Source: Alphaproteobacteria bacterium
GTDB lineage: Bacteria > Pseudomonadota > Alphaproteobacteria > Rickettsiales > SXRF01
Length of the DNA stretch: 61,567 nt
NCBI GenBank assembly: GCA_009926845.1
Contig: RFOF01000001.1
Location: 1 to 61,567, forward strand
Direction: 5' to 3'
Positions 37,652-46,713 of this stretch are shown here, piece by piece. Position numbers and translations under genes: made by a program. Under the pieces are notes generated by a model. The model was not told where the DNA came from. It worked only from the letters and a program-made list of their open reading frames with translations, and did no database searches. Each line of letters begins with the position of its first letter. Position 1 is the stretch's first letter.

Positions 37652-38395
37652 CTAATATATATTCCGCGTTACTACCAGCTCATCACTGCCCGGAGGTGGG
37701 GTAGGCACCAACGGCTTGTCTCGCTGACAAACATCGAGCAGATCTTGTGGCGCATTGAGCTTTTTAAGCAAATAAACTATTCCTGCAAATGCTTTTTTCT
37801 TGGAGGCCACCGCAACTGCCGTAAGTCCAATAAGTGCAATATCAAGCGATACGGAGGAATGTTCAATATAAAATAGCCCAAGCCTACTTTTCCATGGGCG
37901 TACAAGTTGATTATACGCGATATTAGGATCCGGTGCATTTGCCACAATATCCCCAAGATCAGAAAAAATAATTGAAGAAAAATCGGTTATCCCTGGTTGC
38001 ACTGTGAGCAGGCCTTTTTCTATTTCTGTATAGAGCGCAACCTCTCTATCAATCTGCGGGCGAGGCCCCACGAAGCTCATTTGCCCGAGCAACACATTAA
38101 ACAATTGCGGCAGTTCGTCGAGCTTATATTTGCGCAACGCATGCCCCAATCTGGTTATCCTAGTGTCATTTGCTCCCGTAGTGTCCATTTTGTTTTTATC
38201 TGCCCCAACAATCATCGTGCGCATTTTATGCATCCTAAAAGGTACGCCATTTTTACCCACGCGATATGGGCTGTATAGTGGATTTGCGCCATCCTGCCTA
38301 TAAATGGCAATGAGCGAGATGATTATAATTGGAAAGCTGAGCAACAACACAAAAGTCGCCAAAACTATATCCAAAATACGCTTGTTTATATTCAT
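37652..38395 (-). CDS. Small monotopic phosphoglycosyl transferase (Bac_transf; PglC/WbaP-C-like initiating enzyme)
   Basis: It has an N-terminal re-entrant helix, then the motifs PFRMHKMRTM, DTRITRLGHALRKYKLDELPQLFNVLLGQMSFVGPRP. Confidence 0.85.
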   Translation of the reverse strand: MNINKRILDIVLATFVLLLSFPIIIISLIAIYRQDGANPLYSPYRVGKNGVPFRMHKMRTMIVGADKNKMDTTGANDTRITRLGHALRKYKLDELPQLFNVLLGQMSFVGPRPQIDREVALYTEIEKGLLTVQPGITDFSSIIFSDLGDIVANAPDPNIAYNQLVRPWKSRLGLFYIEHSSVSLDIALIGLTAVAVASKKKAFAGIVYLLKKLNAPQDLLDVCQRDKPLVPTPPPGSDELVVTRNIY

Positions 38396-39321
38396 ATTTT
38401 TTGTTCCGATATTTTTACAAGCTGCGCCACACCATTGGCTGACAAATGCCAGTCAAGCGCACCAGCATTTTCACTCAGTTGATGCATATTTTTTATACCG
38501 GCCAGCACAATACTATTTGGCACATAATCCAGCACAAAACGAAGGGCCACTTGTGACATGGTTTTATTATTATTTTCTGCAATTTCCTGTAATTTTGTCA
38601 GCACAGGTTCGTAATAATCCCAATTTTTTTCTGCAAATAAAGACGTCGCACGGCTGCGAATATCATCATCCGCAAATTTACTATTTCGGTTATATTTTCC
38701 AGAAAGCAGCCCTTGTGTCAGGCTTCCCCATGCAATAAATGATGATTTGTTTGTAGCCAAAATTTCTGCTTCAGCATCCCGCTGCACAAGACTATATTTT
38801 AATGTGAAACTCGCCAATCCATCTGGCGCATTATTTATAGCGGATGGCGGTATATTAGAAACACCATACCAGCGTATTTTTCCTTGTTCGCGAAGCTTTT
38901 CCAAATCAGCAAAAATATCATCAAGTGAGCGCTTTGCATCATGCCAATGCATTTGGTATAAATCTATTGTTTCACGCCGCAAGCGATAAAGACTGCCTTC
39001 TACCGCTTCCATAATCCAACCTTTAGAGTTGTCGTAATAACTGCCATTTTCGCCATTTCGTACGCCAAATTTGGTGGCAACAATAGCCTCCTTACCCAGC
39101 GGGTGTAAGGCAAGGGTTTGTGCTAGTAATTCTTCAGACTGTCCAAATCCGTAAATATCTGCTGTGTCAAAAAAATTGATGCCAAGTTCCAATGCACCCT
39201 CTATCGCATCAACAATTGCTTTTTGGTCAGTATTCTGCCAGCCATGTCCGCCAAGCTGCCAACAACCAAAGCCCAGACGTGACACACACAGATCGCTACA
39301 ACCTATTAGGCTTGTTTCCAT
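38392..39321 (-). CDS. Aldo/keto reductase family oxidoreductase
   Basis: LGFGCWQLGG, INFFDTADIYG and IDLYQMHW are the AKR signature segments. Its stop overlaps the PGT start. Confidence 0.85.
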   Translation of the reverse strand: METSLIGCSDLCVSRLGFGCWQLGGHGWQNTDQKAIVDAIEGALELGINFFDTADIYGFGQSEELLAQTLALHPLGKEAIVATKFGVRNGENGSYYDNSKGWIMEAVEGSLYRLRRETIDLYQMHWHDAKRSLDDIFADLEKLREQGKIRWYGVSNIPPSAINNAPDGLASFTLKYSLVQRDAEAEILATNKSSFIAWGSLTQGLLSGKYNRNSKFADDDIRSRATSLFAEKNWDYYEPVLTKLQEIAENNNKTMSQVALRFVLDYVPNSIVLAGIKNMHQLSENAGALDWHLSANGVAQLVKISEQKI

Positions 39322-39329
39322 ATTTTGCG

Positions 39330-40322
39330 TTAGGCTATAAATTGAGTGCGAATTTTTGTGGCAATCCGTGTGGCATCTGTATAGTAAATTTTTTCCAACT
39401 CTCCGCTAGTCGGTGCAGGCGCATCTGGCAAAGTTATACGCATGGGTGGGTTTTTCCAAGCCGATGGTCGTATCGCTTCGCTCACACCGGCAATAATTTC
39501 TGCTGCCATCCCACAATTTGTCCAGCCACCATCAATCGCAATCAGCCTGCCCGTTTTCTGCACTGAATTTACGGCCACCGAATGGTCTATTGGATTTAAT
39601 ACGCGCAAATCTATGACTTCTGCCGATATGCCGTCACTTTCCAGCAACTCAGCAGCTTCTAATGCTAATTTGGTAGAGTAGCTGCAAGACACCAAGGTGA
39701 TATCGCTACCACTACGCATAACTTTTGGTTTGATAACCCTTAAATCCATAGGCTCAACTGGTGGCAACTCAGCAGTTTGGTCATAAAGCCAACGATCATC
39801 GATATATACCACGGGATCATTAGAAAGAGCAGCTGCAATCAGCAGATCTCTTGCATCAATAACAGTGGACGGCATAACAACCCTCAGGCCCGGTATGTGC
39901 GCAAACCAAGAATGCAACGCCTGCGAATGTTGTGCACCTTGCTGTCCACCACGATTTACCACCGCACGGAAAGTAACCGCAGGATGTGCCTGCCCACCCA
40001 GCATATGCGACCATTTAGCCGCCTGATTTACTATAGCATCCATTCCTAGAATCATGAAATCAACACGGGGATGCAAAACAATTGGGCGATATCCGCACAG
40101 GGACGCGCCAATCGCTGCGCCTGTGACAGCCGCTTCAGAAACAGGGGTGTCAATTACTCGCTCTTTGCCAAATTCTTTTTCTAATTCCAGCATTGAATTC
40201 CCAGCGTACCAAGGACTCCACACACCCTGCCCCATAACAAATACTTCAGGGTAATTTGCCAGAAGATATGCATATCCTTCGCGGATAGCCTGCCCATAAT
40301 TTATTTTTCTAATTTCTGTCAT
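39330..40322 (-). CDS. 2-oxoacid dehydrogenase / transketolase-like E1 component beta subunit
   Basis: MTEIRKINYGQAIREGY...VFVMGQGV...VIDTPVSEAAVTGAAIGASLCGYRPI and the C-terminal transketolase_C region (VSCSYSTKLALEAAELLESDGISAEVIDLRVLNPID) fit this family. The start is taken at 40322. The track ORF extends to 40364. Confidence 0.85.
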   Translation of the reverse strand: MTEIRKINYGQAIREGYAYLLANYPEVFVMGQGVWSPWYAGNSMLELEKEFGKERVIDTPVSEAAVTGAAIGASLCGYRPIVLHPRVDFMILGMDAIVNQAAKWSHMLGGQAHPAVTFRAVVNRGGQQGAQHSQALHSWFAHIPGLRVVMPSTVIDARDLLIAAALSNDPVVYIDDRWLYDQTAELPPVEPMDLRVIKPKVMRSGSDITLVSCSYSTKLALEAAELLESDGISAEVIDLRVLNPIDHSVAVNSVQKTGRLIAIDGGWTNCGMAAEIIAGVSEAIRPSAWKNPPMRITLPDAPAPTSGELEKIYYTDATRIATKIRTQFIA

Positions 40323-41101
40323 AGACATAATCCATAAGTGTGTTTTCCGGCGGATATGGATCACTTGCCGCTGCCGCTGCTAATTTCTTAAAAGTTTCAC
40401 GACTTTCTGCGAAAAAATCATCGTATTCTTTTTGACTATAACTTCCTACTGCAACGTAAATTTATATCTAAATGACTAGAAAACAAATTATTCTCTACTA
40501 CAAAAATCATTGGCAGCTGCATTGATGCTGACATATTCAAACATTCATGGACAACGCCTTCCTCGCATGCCCCATCACCAAAAAAGGCAAGCGCCACATC
40601 TCCTTTACCATCAAATTTTGCTGCCATTGCTGCTCCAACCGCCAATGGCACTGTTCCCGCTACAATTGGCACAGAACCATAGAAACCAACTTCCTGTGCA
40701 AATAAATGCATTGATCCACCAAAGCCATGCGAACAACCTGTATATTTGCCTAAAACTTCTGCAAATAATTTTCGTTCGCTGCCGCCCATAGCAAGGTAGT
40801 GACTATGAGAACGATGATTGCCAAAGGCGCGATCAGTTTTTCGTAAATTTGCAGCAACACCAACCGCCACTGCCTCCTGCCCAATCGCCAGATGCACGGG
40901 GCATTTTGCAAGGCCAGAAATTGCCATATTGGCTATTTCTTCTTCAGCCAAGCGAATTCTAACCATTGCCTGCAAAGCATTAACAAGAAAATCTGGCTGG
41001 AATCCACGTATATCCAATACTTCATTGTAATATAGTGGATTTGATAAATCTCCCAGTTCAGTTTTCCAACAATATGGATTATTCTCTAAATTTTGCTGCA
41101 T
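40309..41101 (-). pseudogene. TPP-dependent E1 component alpha subunit carrying an internal deletion plus frameshift
   Basis: The first 221 codons run through the TPP motif GDGACEEG...FVVENN, then hit a stop. The family's C-terminal tail (SQKEYDDFFAESRETFKKLAAAAASDPYPPENTLMDYVYDRN*) is present in the +1 frame and ends over the beta-subunit start. About 65-70 aa expected between the two parts are absent. The total length is not a multiple of 3. Confidence 0.6.
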
Positions 41102-41238
41102 GAACTTTGTAAACCGCCCTTACATGTTAATTTGCTTGCATTTGGTAAATTGGTACTTAAACTTCCTCGCTAGTACAAGTGCTAATAGCATTAATTTTAG
41201 GGGCACAGCCCCAGTTCTACCCGAAAGACCTAAACATT

Positions 41239-42798
41239 ATGGTAAAAACAAAAATCGCAGTAATTGGCTGTGGATATTGGGGTAAAAACCTAGTTCGCAA
41301 TATGTCGGAGCTTGGTGTGCTGGTAGCTGTAGTAGATAGCAGCGAACAAGCGGCAAAAGCGATGGCAAATACCTATAATGTTTCAGCCCTCACTATTGAA
41401 GAAGTGCTGGCGGATAGTGAAGTCGATGGCGTGGTGATCGCCTCATCGGCAGCAACACATGCACCGCTAGCAGAAAAAGCATTGCGTGCCGGAAAGCACG
41501 TATTTGTAGAAAAGCCTCTAGCACTTAGTGTTGCTGATGCAGAGTCACTGGCGAAGTTGGCTGCCGACAAGAAGTTAACGCTGATGGTTGGACATTTACT
41601 GCAATATCACCCTGCGTTTATCGCTTTGCTACAAGAAGTGAGGGGCGGGCGCATTGGTGAACTTCAATACGCACAATCACACCGCCTGAGCTTCGGCAAG
41701 ATCCGTACGGAAGAAAACGTGCTATGGAGCTTTGCACCGCACGATATTTCAATGTTGCTTGCCATTGCTGGTGAGCCTCCAGAAAAGCTTTTGGCTAACG
41801 TGACAGCACAAATAACAGCTGGCATTGCTGATATTGCAACCTTGCACCTTGATTTTGCTAGTGGTTTTCGCGCGCATATAATGGCTTCTTGGCTACACCC
41901 CGTTAAAGAGCACCGCCTTATGGTAATAGGTAAAAAGGGCGCACTGGTTTTTGACGACAGCAATCCATGGGAACAAAAACTCATGTTTTATAATAATACG
42001 GTGCCGATGGGAAATGGGGTGCCGGTCGCACAAAAAGGTGAATCGCTTGCCATTCCCCTTGCACAAGCAGAGCCGCTTCGCGCTGAATGTGAACATTTTC
42101 TGAATGCCATTAGCAGCGGAAGCCCCGTAAGGACGGATGCAGCTGAGGGAATACGAGTGCTAGAAGTTTTAACCGCCGCAGAAAAATCCACAAAAGAACA
42201 AAAAGCAGTAAAAATGAGCGAAGCCAAAAAAAAATATTTTGTCCATGAAACCGCAATCGTAGATGATGGTTGTGAAATAGAAGAAGGAAGCAAAATCTGG
42301 CATTTTAGTCACATTCTTTCTGGTACAAAAATTGGCAAAAATGTGAGCGTTGGACAAAATGTAATGATAGGTCCAAATGTAAGAGTTGGAGATAATTGCA
42401 AAATTCAGAACAATGTGAGTCTTTACAAAGGTGTCAGCCTTGCAGACGGGGTGTTCTGTGGTCCTTCCTGCGTTTTCACAAATGTCAATACACCGCGCTC
42501 GGAAGTTGAGCGCAAAGATGAGTTTTTGGATACACCCGTTGGGCGGGGTGCGACCATTGGTGCGAATGCAACTATTGTTTGTGGTCATAAAATTGGTGAG
42601 TACTGCTTGATCGGCGCCGGCTCAGTGGTCACCAAAGATGTTAAGCCACACGCGTTAATGGTTGGAAATCCTGCGCGACAAATAGGCTGGGTAAGTCATG
42701 CTGGTGATAAGCTTGGCAAAGATTTTGTTTGCCCCCGAGAAGGCCGAAAATATCATGAAACAAAAGATGGAATCCTTGAAGAAGTGATTTTTAGGTAA
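41239..42798 (+). CDS. Fusion protein: Gfo/Idh/MocA oxidoreductase (WbpB/WlbA-like) plus left-handed beta-helix N-acetyltransferase (WbpD/WlbB-like)
   Basis: The N-terminal part has KIAVIGCGYWGKN...HVFVEKPLA. The C-terminal part has YFVHETAIVDDGCEIEEGSKIWHFSHI plus hexapeptide repeats and GNPARQIGW. An internal ATG (42214) marks what looks like the ancestral WbpD start. The start is taken at 41239. The track ORF starts at 41179. Confidence 0.8.
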   Translation: MVKTKIAVIGCGYWGKNLVRNMSELGVLVAVVDSSEQAAKAMANTYNVSALTIEEVLADSEVDGVVIASSAATHAPLAEKALRAGKHVFVEKPLALSVADAESLAKLAADKKLTLMVGHLLQYHPAFIALLQEVRGGRIGELQYAQSHRLSFGKIRTEENVLWSFAPHDISMLLAIAGEPPEKLLANVTAQITAGIADIATLHLDFASGFRAHIMASWLHPVKEHRLMVIGKKGALVFDDSNPWEQKLMFYNNTVPMGNGVPVAQKGESLAIPLAQAEPLRAECEHFLNAISSGSPVRTDAAEGIRVLEVLTAAEKSTKEQKAVKMSEAKKKYFVHETAIVDDGCEIEEGSKIWHFSHILSGTKIGKNVSVGQNVMIGPNVRVGDNCKIQNNVSLYKGVSLADGVFCGPSCVFTNVNTPRSEVERKDEFLDTPVGRGATIGANATIVCGHKIGEYCLIGAGSVVTKDVKPHALMVGNPARQIGWVSHAGDKLGKDFVCPREGRKYHETKDGILEEVIFR

Positions 42799-42803
42799 AT
42801 AAA

Positions 42804-44183
42804 ATGGAACCAAAAAATATGAAAAATTCTGTGCGACCTAAACTAGTAAAAGAGCAAATCGATTTCTCTGAAATTTTACAAAAAATTAAAGCTTGCAAAG
42901 CAACTGTTGCAATTATGGGTATGGGCTATGTTGGCTTCCCGCTCGCAATTGCTACTCACAAACAAGGCTTCTCAGTGCTTGCTTTTGATATTGATAAAGA
43001 GAAAATAAAAAGCCTGAACGCTGGAAAATCATATTTAAACGGCATAGCTGATGCTGACGTCAAAAATATGGTTGCAACAGAGCGCTTCCACGCAACTACC
43101 GATGTACAGAAGTTGAAAGAAGCTGACGCTTTAATTATGTGCGTACCAACGCCGCTGACTAAAAACCGCGAACCAGATTTAAGTTTCGTGGAAGCAACAA
43201 CAGCGATGATAGCTTCACAGCTTCGCTCTGGTCAGTTGGTGGTATTAGAATCAACCACCTATCCTGGAACGACTGATGAACTAATAAAACCAATGTTAGA
43301 AGCCACGGGTCTTGTATGTGGCAAGGATTTTTTCCTTGCTTATTCGCCAGAGCGTGAAGATCCGGGCAATGGGTATTTTTCGACCCACTCCATACCCAAA
43401 GTCGTTGGTGCTGATGATAAAAAATCTCAAAAACTTGCCGTTGCACTTTATAACAATATAGTTTCCAAGGCTGTTTTGGTTTCAAGTGCAGCCACTGCAG
43501 AAGCGGTAAAATTGACCGAAAATATTTTCCGCTCGATCAACATTGCGCTGATGAACGAGCTTAAAATGGTGTTCACCAAAATGGACATCGACGTGTGGGA
43601 AGTAATCGAAGCCGCCAAAACCAAGCCGTTCGGGTTCATGCCCTTTTATCCCGGCCCGGGGGTGGGTGGGCATTGCATTCCGCTCGACCCGTTTTACCTG
43701 ACGTGGAAATCGCGCGAATACGGCATGCCTACGCGTTTTATCGAACTAGCGGGCCAGATCAACGAGCGCATGCCCGGATATGTCATTACCAAGGTGCGCG
43801 AGGGACTCGACGAGCATTTGCGCAAGGGCCTCAACGGTTCGAAAATATTGGTGCTCGGCATCGCCTACAAAAAAGATGTTGATGATATGCGCGAAAGCCC
43901 CTCGCTGTTTATTTTTGAGCGCCTGCTCGAATATGGCGCGCAGGTGGATTATCACGACCCGCTGATCCCGGTGATTCCGCATACGCGCGAGCACGATCAT
44001 CTCTCCGGCCTGAAATCGGTGGCACTAAGCGTAGCGACGCTCGCCAATTATGATGCGGTCGTGATCGCCACCGACCATAGCGGCGTGGATTACCCACTGG
44101 TGGTAGAAAACAGCCGCCTGATCATTGATACGCGCAACGCGACTGCCGCCTGCAAACCCAAACCCTACATTGTGAAAGCCTAA
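42804..44183 (+). CDS. wbpA: UDP-N-acetyl-sugar 6-dehydrogenase (WbpA/WbpO-like nucleotide-sugar dehydrogenase)
   Basis: It has VAIMGMGYVGFPLA (NAD-binding), GGHCIPLDP (catalytic Cys), and a UDPG_MGDP_dh C-terminal domain. The flanking WbpB/D and WbpE homologues support the call. Confidence 0.8.
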   Translation: MEPKNMKNSVRPKLVKEQIDFSEILQKIKACKATVAIMGMGYVGFPLAIATHKQGFSVLAFDIDKEKIKSLNAGKSYLNGIADADVKNMVATERFHATTDVQKLKEADALIMCVPTPLTKNREPDLSFVEATTAMIASQLRSGQLVVLESTTYPGTTDELIKPMLEATGLVCGKDFFLAYSPEREDPGNGYFSTHSIPKVVGADDKKSQKLAVALYNNIVSKAVLVSSAATAEAVKLTENIFRSINIALMNELKMVFTKMDIDVWEVIEAAKTKPFGFMPFYPGPGVGGHCIPLDPFYLTWKSREYGMPTRFIELAGQINERMPGYVITKVREGLDEHLRKGLNGSKILVLGIAYKKDVDDMRESPSLFIFERLLEYGAQVDYHDPLIPVIPHTREHDHLSGLKSVALSVATLANYDAVVIATDHSGVDYPLVVENSRLIIDTRNATAACKPKPYIVKA

Positions 44184-44186
44184 GCC

Positions 44187-45332
44187 ATGACTGCCAAAAT
44201 CGATTTCATTGACCTTGCCGCACAGCAGGCACGCATCCGCCCGCAGCTTGACGCGGCGATCAAGCGCGTACTCGATGGCGGCGCCTATATCATGGGCAAG
44301 GAAGTCGGCGTGCTAGAGAAGCAACTGGCGGATTTTGCTGGAGTCAAACATTGTCTTAGCTGTTCCAGCGGAACGGATGCCTTAGTATTAGTTTTAATGG
44401 CAAAGGGCGTAAAAGCTGGTGACGCAGTTTTTGTGCCGAGCTTTACCTTTGCAGCAAGCGCAGAAGTTGTGGCACTTCTTGGGGCAACTCCGATATTTGT
44501 GGACTGCCTTCCTGACACCTTTAATATGTGCCCTAAAAGTCTTATCCAAGCAATCGCAATGGCGAAGAAAATGGGCTTAAATTCTGCTTGCGTTATGCCT
44601 GTTGACTTATTTGGGCAACCTGCGGATTATGATAAAATCCTACCTATTGCAGAGGAAAATGGTCTTTTTCTATTGTGTGACGCCGCGCAAGGTTTTGGAG
44701 GGGTGTATAAAGGCAAGAAAGTCGGCAGTATAGGGCTTGCCACCGCCACTAGTTTTTTCCCTGCTAAACCGCTTGGTTGTTATGGCGATGGTGGAGCGGT
44801 GTTCACTGATGACGACGAGTTATATGAAATTCTAGTTAGTTTGCGCGTACATGGCAAAGGCGATGATAAATATGACAATGTTCGCGTGGGGATGAATGGT
44901 CGTTTGGATACCATTCAGGCAGCTATTTTAATTGAGAAGCTCGCGATTTTTGCTGATGAATTAGTAGAACGCCAACGCGTTGCCGATCGGTATGGTTCGC
45001 AACTCAACAATCTCTTTGCAACGCCTTTTGTCCCAACAGGTCTTAGTTCAGCATGGGCGCAATACACTATAATCGCTGATTCAACTGCTCAGCGAGAGCA
45101 TCTGCAAACGGCATTGAAACAATGTGGTGTGCCAAGCATGATTTACTATCCCAAACCTTTGCACCAGCAGACAGCTTATAAAAATTATCCAACCGCAACA
45201 GGTGGAGCTTTACCCGTGTGTGAAAATTTAGCGGGTCGGGTTTTTAGCCTTCCAATGCACCCGTATCTGGAGGATGAGAGCATTGATTACATTGCGAAGT
45301 CTCTGCTTAATGCAGATAAACAAGCCGCCTAA
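44187..45332 (+). CDS. wbpE: DegT/DnrJ/EryC1/StrS-family PLP-dependent sugar aminotransferase (WbpE/WlbC-like)
   Basis: The segments IDFIDLAAQQARIRPQLDAAI, SSGTDAL and SFFPAKPLGCYGDGGAV (Lys-containing) are family-typical. Confidence 0.9.
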   Translation: MTAKIDFIDLAAQQARIRPQLDAAIKRVLDGGAYIMGKEVGVLEKQLADFAGVKHCLSCSSGTDALVLVLMAKGVKAGDAVFVPSFTFAASAEVVALLGATPIFVDCLPDTFNMCPKSLIQAIAMAKKMGLNSACVMPVDLFGQPADYDKILPIAEENGLFLLCDAAQGFGGVYKGKKVGSIGLATATSFFPAKPLGCYGDGGAVFTDDDELYEILVSLRVHGKGDDKYDNVRVGMNGRLDTIQAAILIEKLAIFADELVERQRVADRYGSQLNNLFATPFVPTGLSSAWAQYTIIADSTAQREHLQTALKQCGVPSMIYYPKPLHQQTAYKNYPTATGGALPVCENLAGRVFSLPMHPYLEDESIDYIAKSLLNADKQAA

Positions 45333-46600
45333 TTACGGTTAGTCTTGGGCAAAACATTGAGCGAAGCCACAGCTAAACTAACTGAGTACCAAAGCAATAT
45401 AGCGGGCCAATTGGAAAAAATGCTTTGAGTTGGCATAAAAGGAAAAAAATTTGCAATAATCGTTGCCAAAGATAGTGCGGGCAACAGTTTCATGGTTCCT
45501 TTTTGTAACATGAATTGCTTTACACATATGTAAGCTATACCCCCGACCATGCTCATAAATAATACAAGACCAATCGCTCCAGCGCTCGCAAACCACTCCA
45601 TATAAGGATTGTGCGGATGAAGATTACAATAGTCGGCCTTACCCTCTTTGATTAGACTAGGACATAATTCCCGAAATCCCTTGAGTCCCGCTCCAACTAA
45701 AAAATGTTCTTTACCTATCAAATAGCCCGCAATTGCCAGTTTGCCATAATTGGTTTGCGGATAATTGGAAACTATTAAATAAGCTCCGCTAGCACGATCC
45801 CGTACCCAATCTTGAGTTACAAATAAAAATTGAGCGCCAACAGCAATAAGCAAGGCTATCAGTGCCACATATTTTCTTATCTTTGGCATAGATACAGAAA
45901 GTAAAATGGCCGAACAGCTTATACCTATAATTGTACTTGCAAACGCGGTGCGCTCACCTGTTATCATAATCATAGAAATTCCAGACATTAGAACAAACGC
46001 GGAAAAAATTATGCGAAAAATGCTCTTTTCCTGTATTGCAAAAAAGAAGTAAATTCCAATGGCGGGAAGCAGCATTTTTGCAGTAAAAATACCTACCTTC
46101 ACATTATTTATAGGTCCTGTTAGTCGTCCACTAGAATCACGCAAGTTTCCTGTAAGTGATATCCCAAAGATATATTGCCAAATAACATCCACAATCACCA
46201 AACAAACCACGAAAAGCAAGAATTTAGCAATGAACATGAGTGATTTTTTGCTGGTTAGAACCCACTCTTTTAGTGCCATAAAAAGCAAAATATATCGTAT
46301 CCACGGCACAGCAACCGCAAAAGAATCTAGAGCATTATCTGCAAAAAATGAGGAGAATAAAAGCCAACCCCACGCTACGCCGCCTATCTTTGCAATTGGA
46401 TCATAAAGCCACAGCCAGTTTTTGTTAGCAGCACTATGCAACAACCAAGACAATCCAACCATTGCTACGCAGACCTCTGCAAAACCACGACTAAAAATGA
46501 GTCCCAGCGGCAAAAGCAATGTAAACAAATAGGCAATCGACCATAAAACTTGCTGAGAAGAATATCTTTTTATAGCCTGAATAGACTTTATTTGTGACAT
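45329..46600 (-). CDS. O-antigen ligase / polymerase family (Wzy_C domain) membrane protein
   Basis: It is polytopic, with a periplasmic loop containing GERTAF and a later HPHNPYMEWFASAGAIG motif (the H-x-H-N pattern of WaaL/Wzy_C). The start is taken at 46600. The track ORF extends to 46693. Confidence 0.7.
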   Translation of the reverse strand: MSQIKSIQAIKRYSSQQVLWSIAYLFTLLLPLGLIFSRGFAEVCVAMVGLSWLLHSAANKNWLWLYDPIAKIGGVAWGWLLFSSFFADNALDSFAVAVPWIRYILLFMALKEWVLTSKKSLMFIAKFLLFVVCLVIVDVIWQYIFGISLTGNLRDSSGRLTGPINNVKVGIFTAKMLLPAIGIYFFFAIQEKSIFRIIFSAFVLMSGISMIMITGERTAFASTIIGISCSAILLSVSMPKIRKYVALIALLIAVGAQFLFVTQDWVRDRASGAYLIVSNYPQTNYGKLAIAGYLIGKEHFLVGAGLKGFRELCPSLIKEGKADYCNLHPHNPYMEWFASAGAIGLVLFMSMVGGIAYICVKQFMLQKGTMKLLPALSLATIIANFFPFMPTQSIFSNWPAILLWYSVSLAVASLNVLPKTNRN

Positions 46601-46713
46601 ATTTTTACCATTCTCTAGGTGCACAACGAAATTACAATTTTTTATTGTTAAGAGCCAATAAGCCACTATAATCACTGTTAAGCTATCATGCAAACGCCCA
46701 TTCTAGTTTGTAG

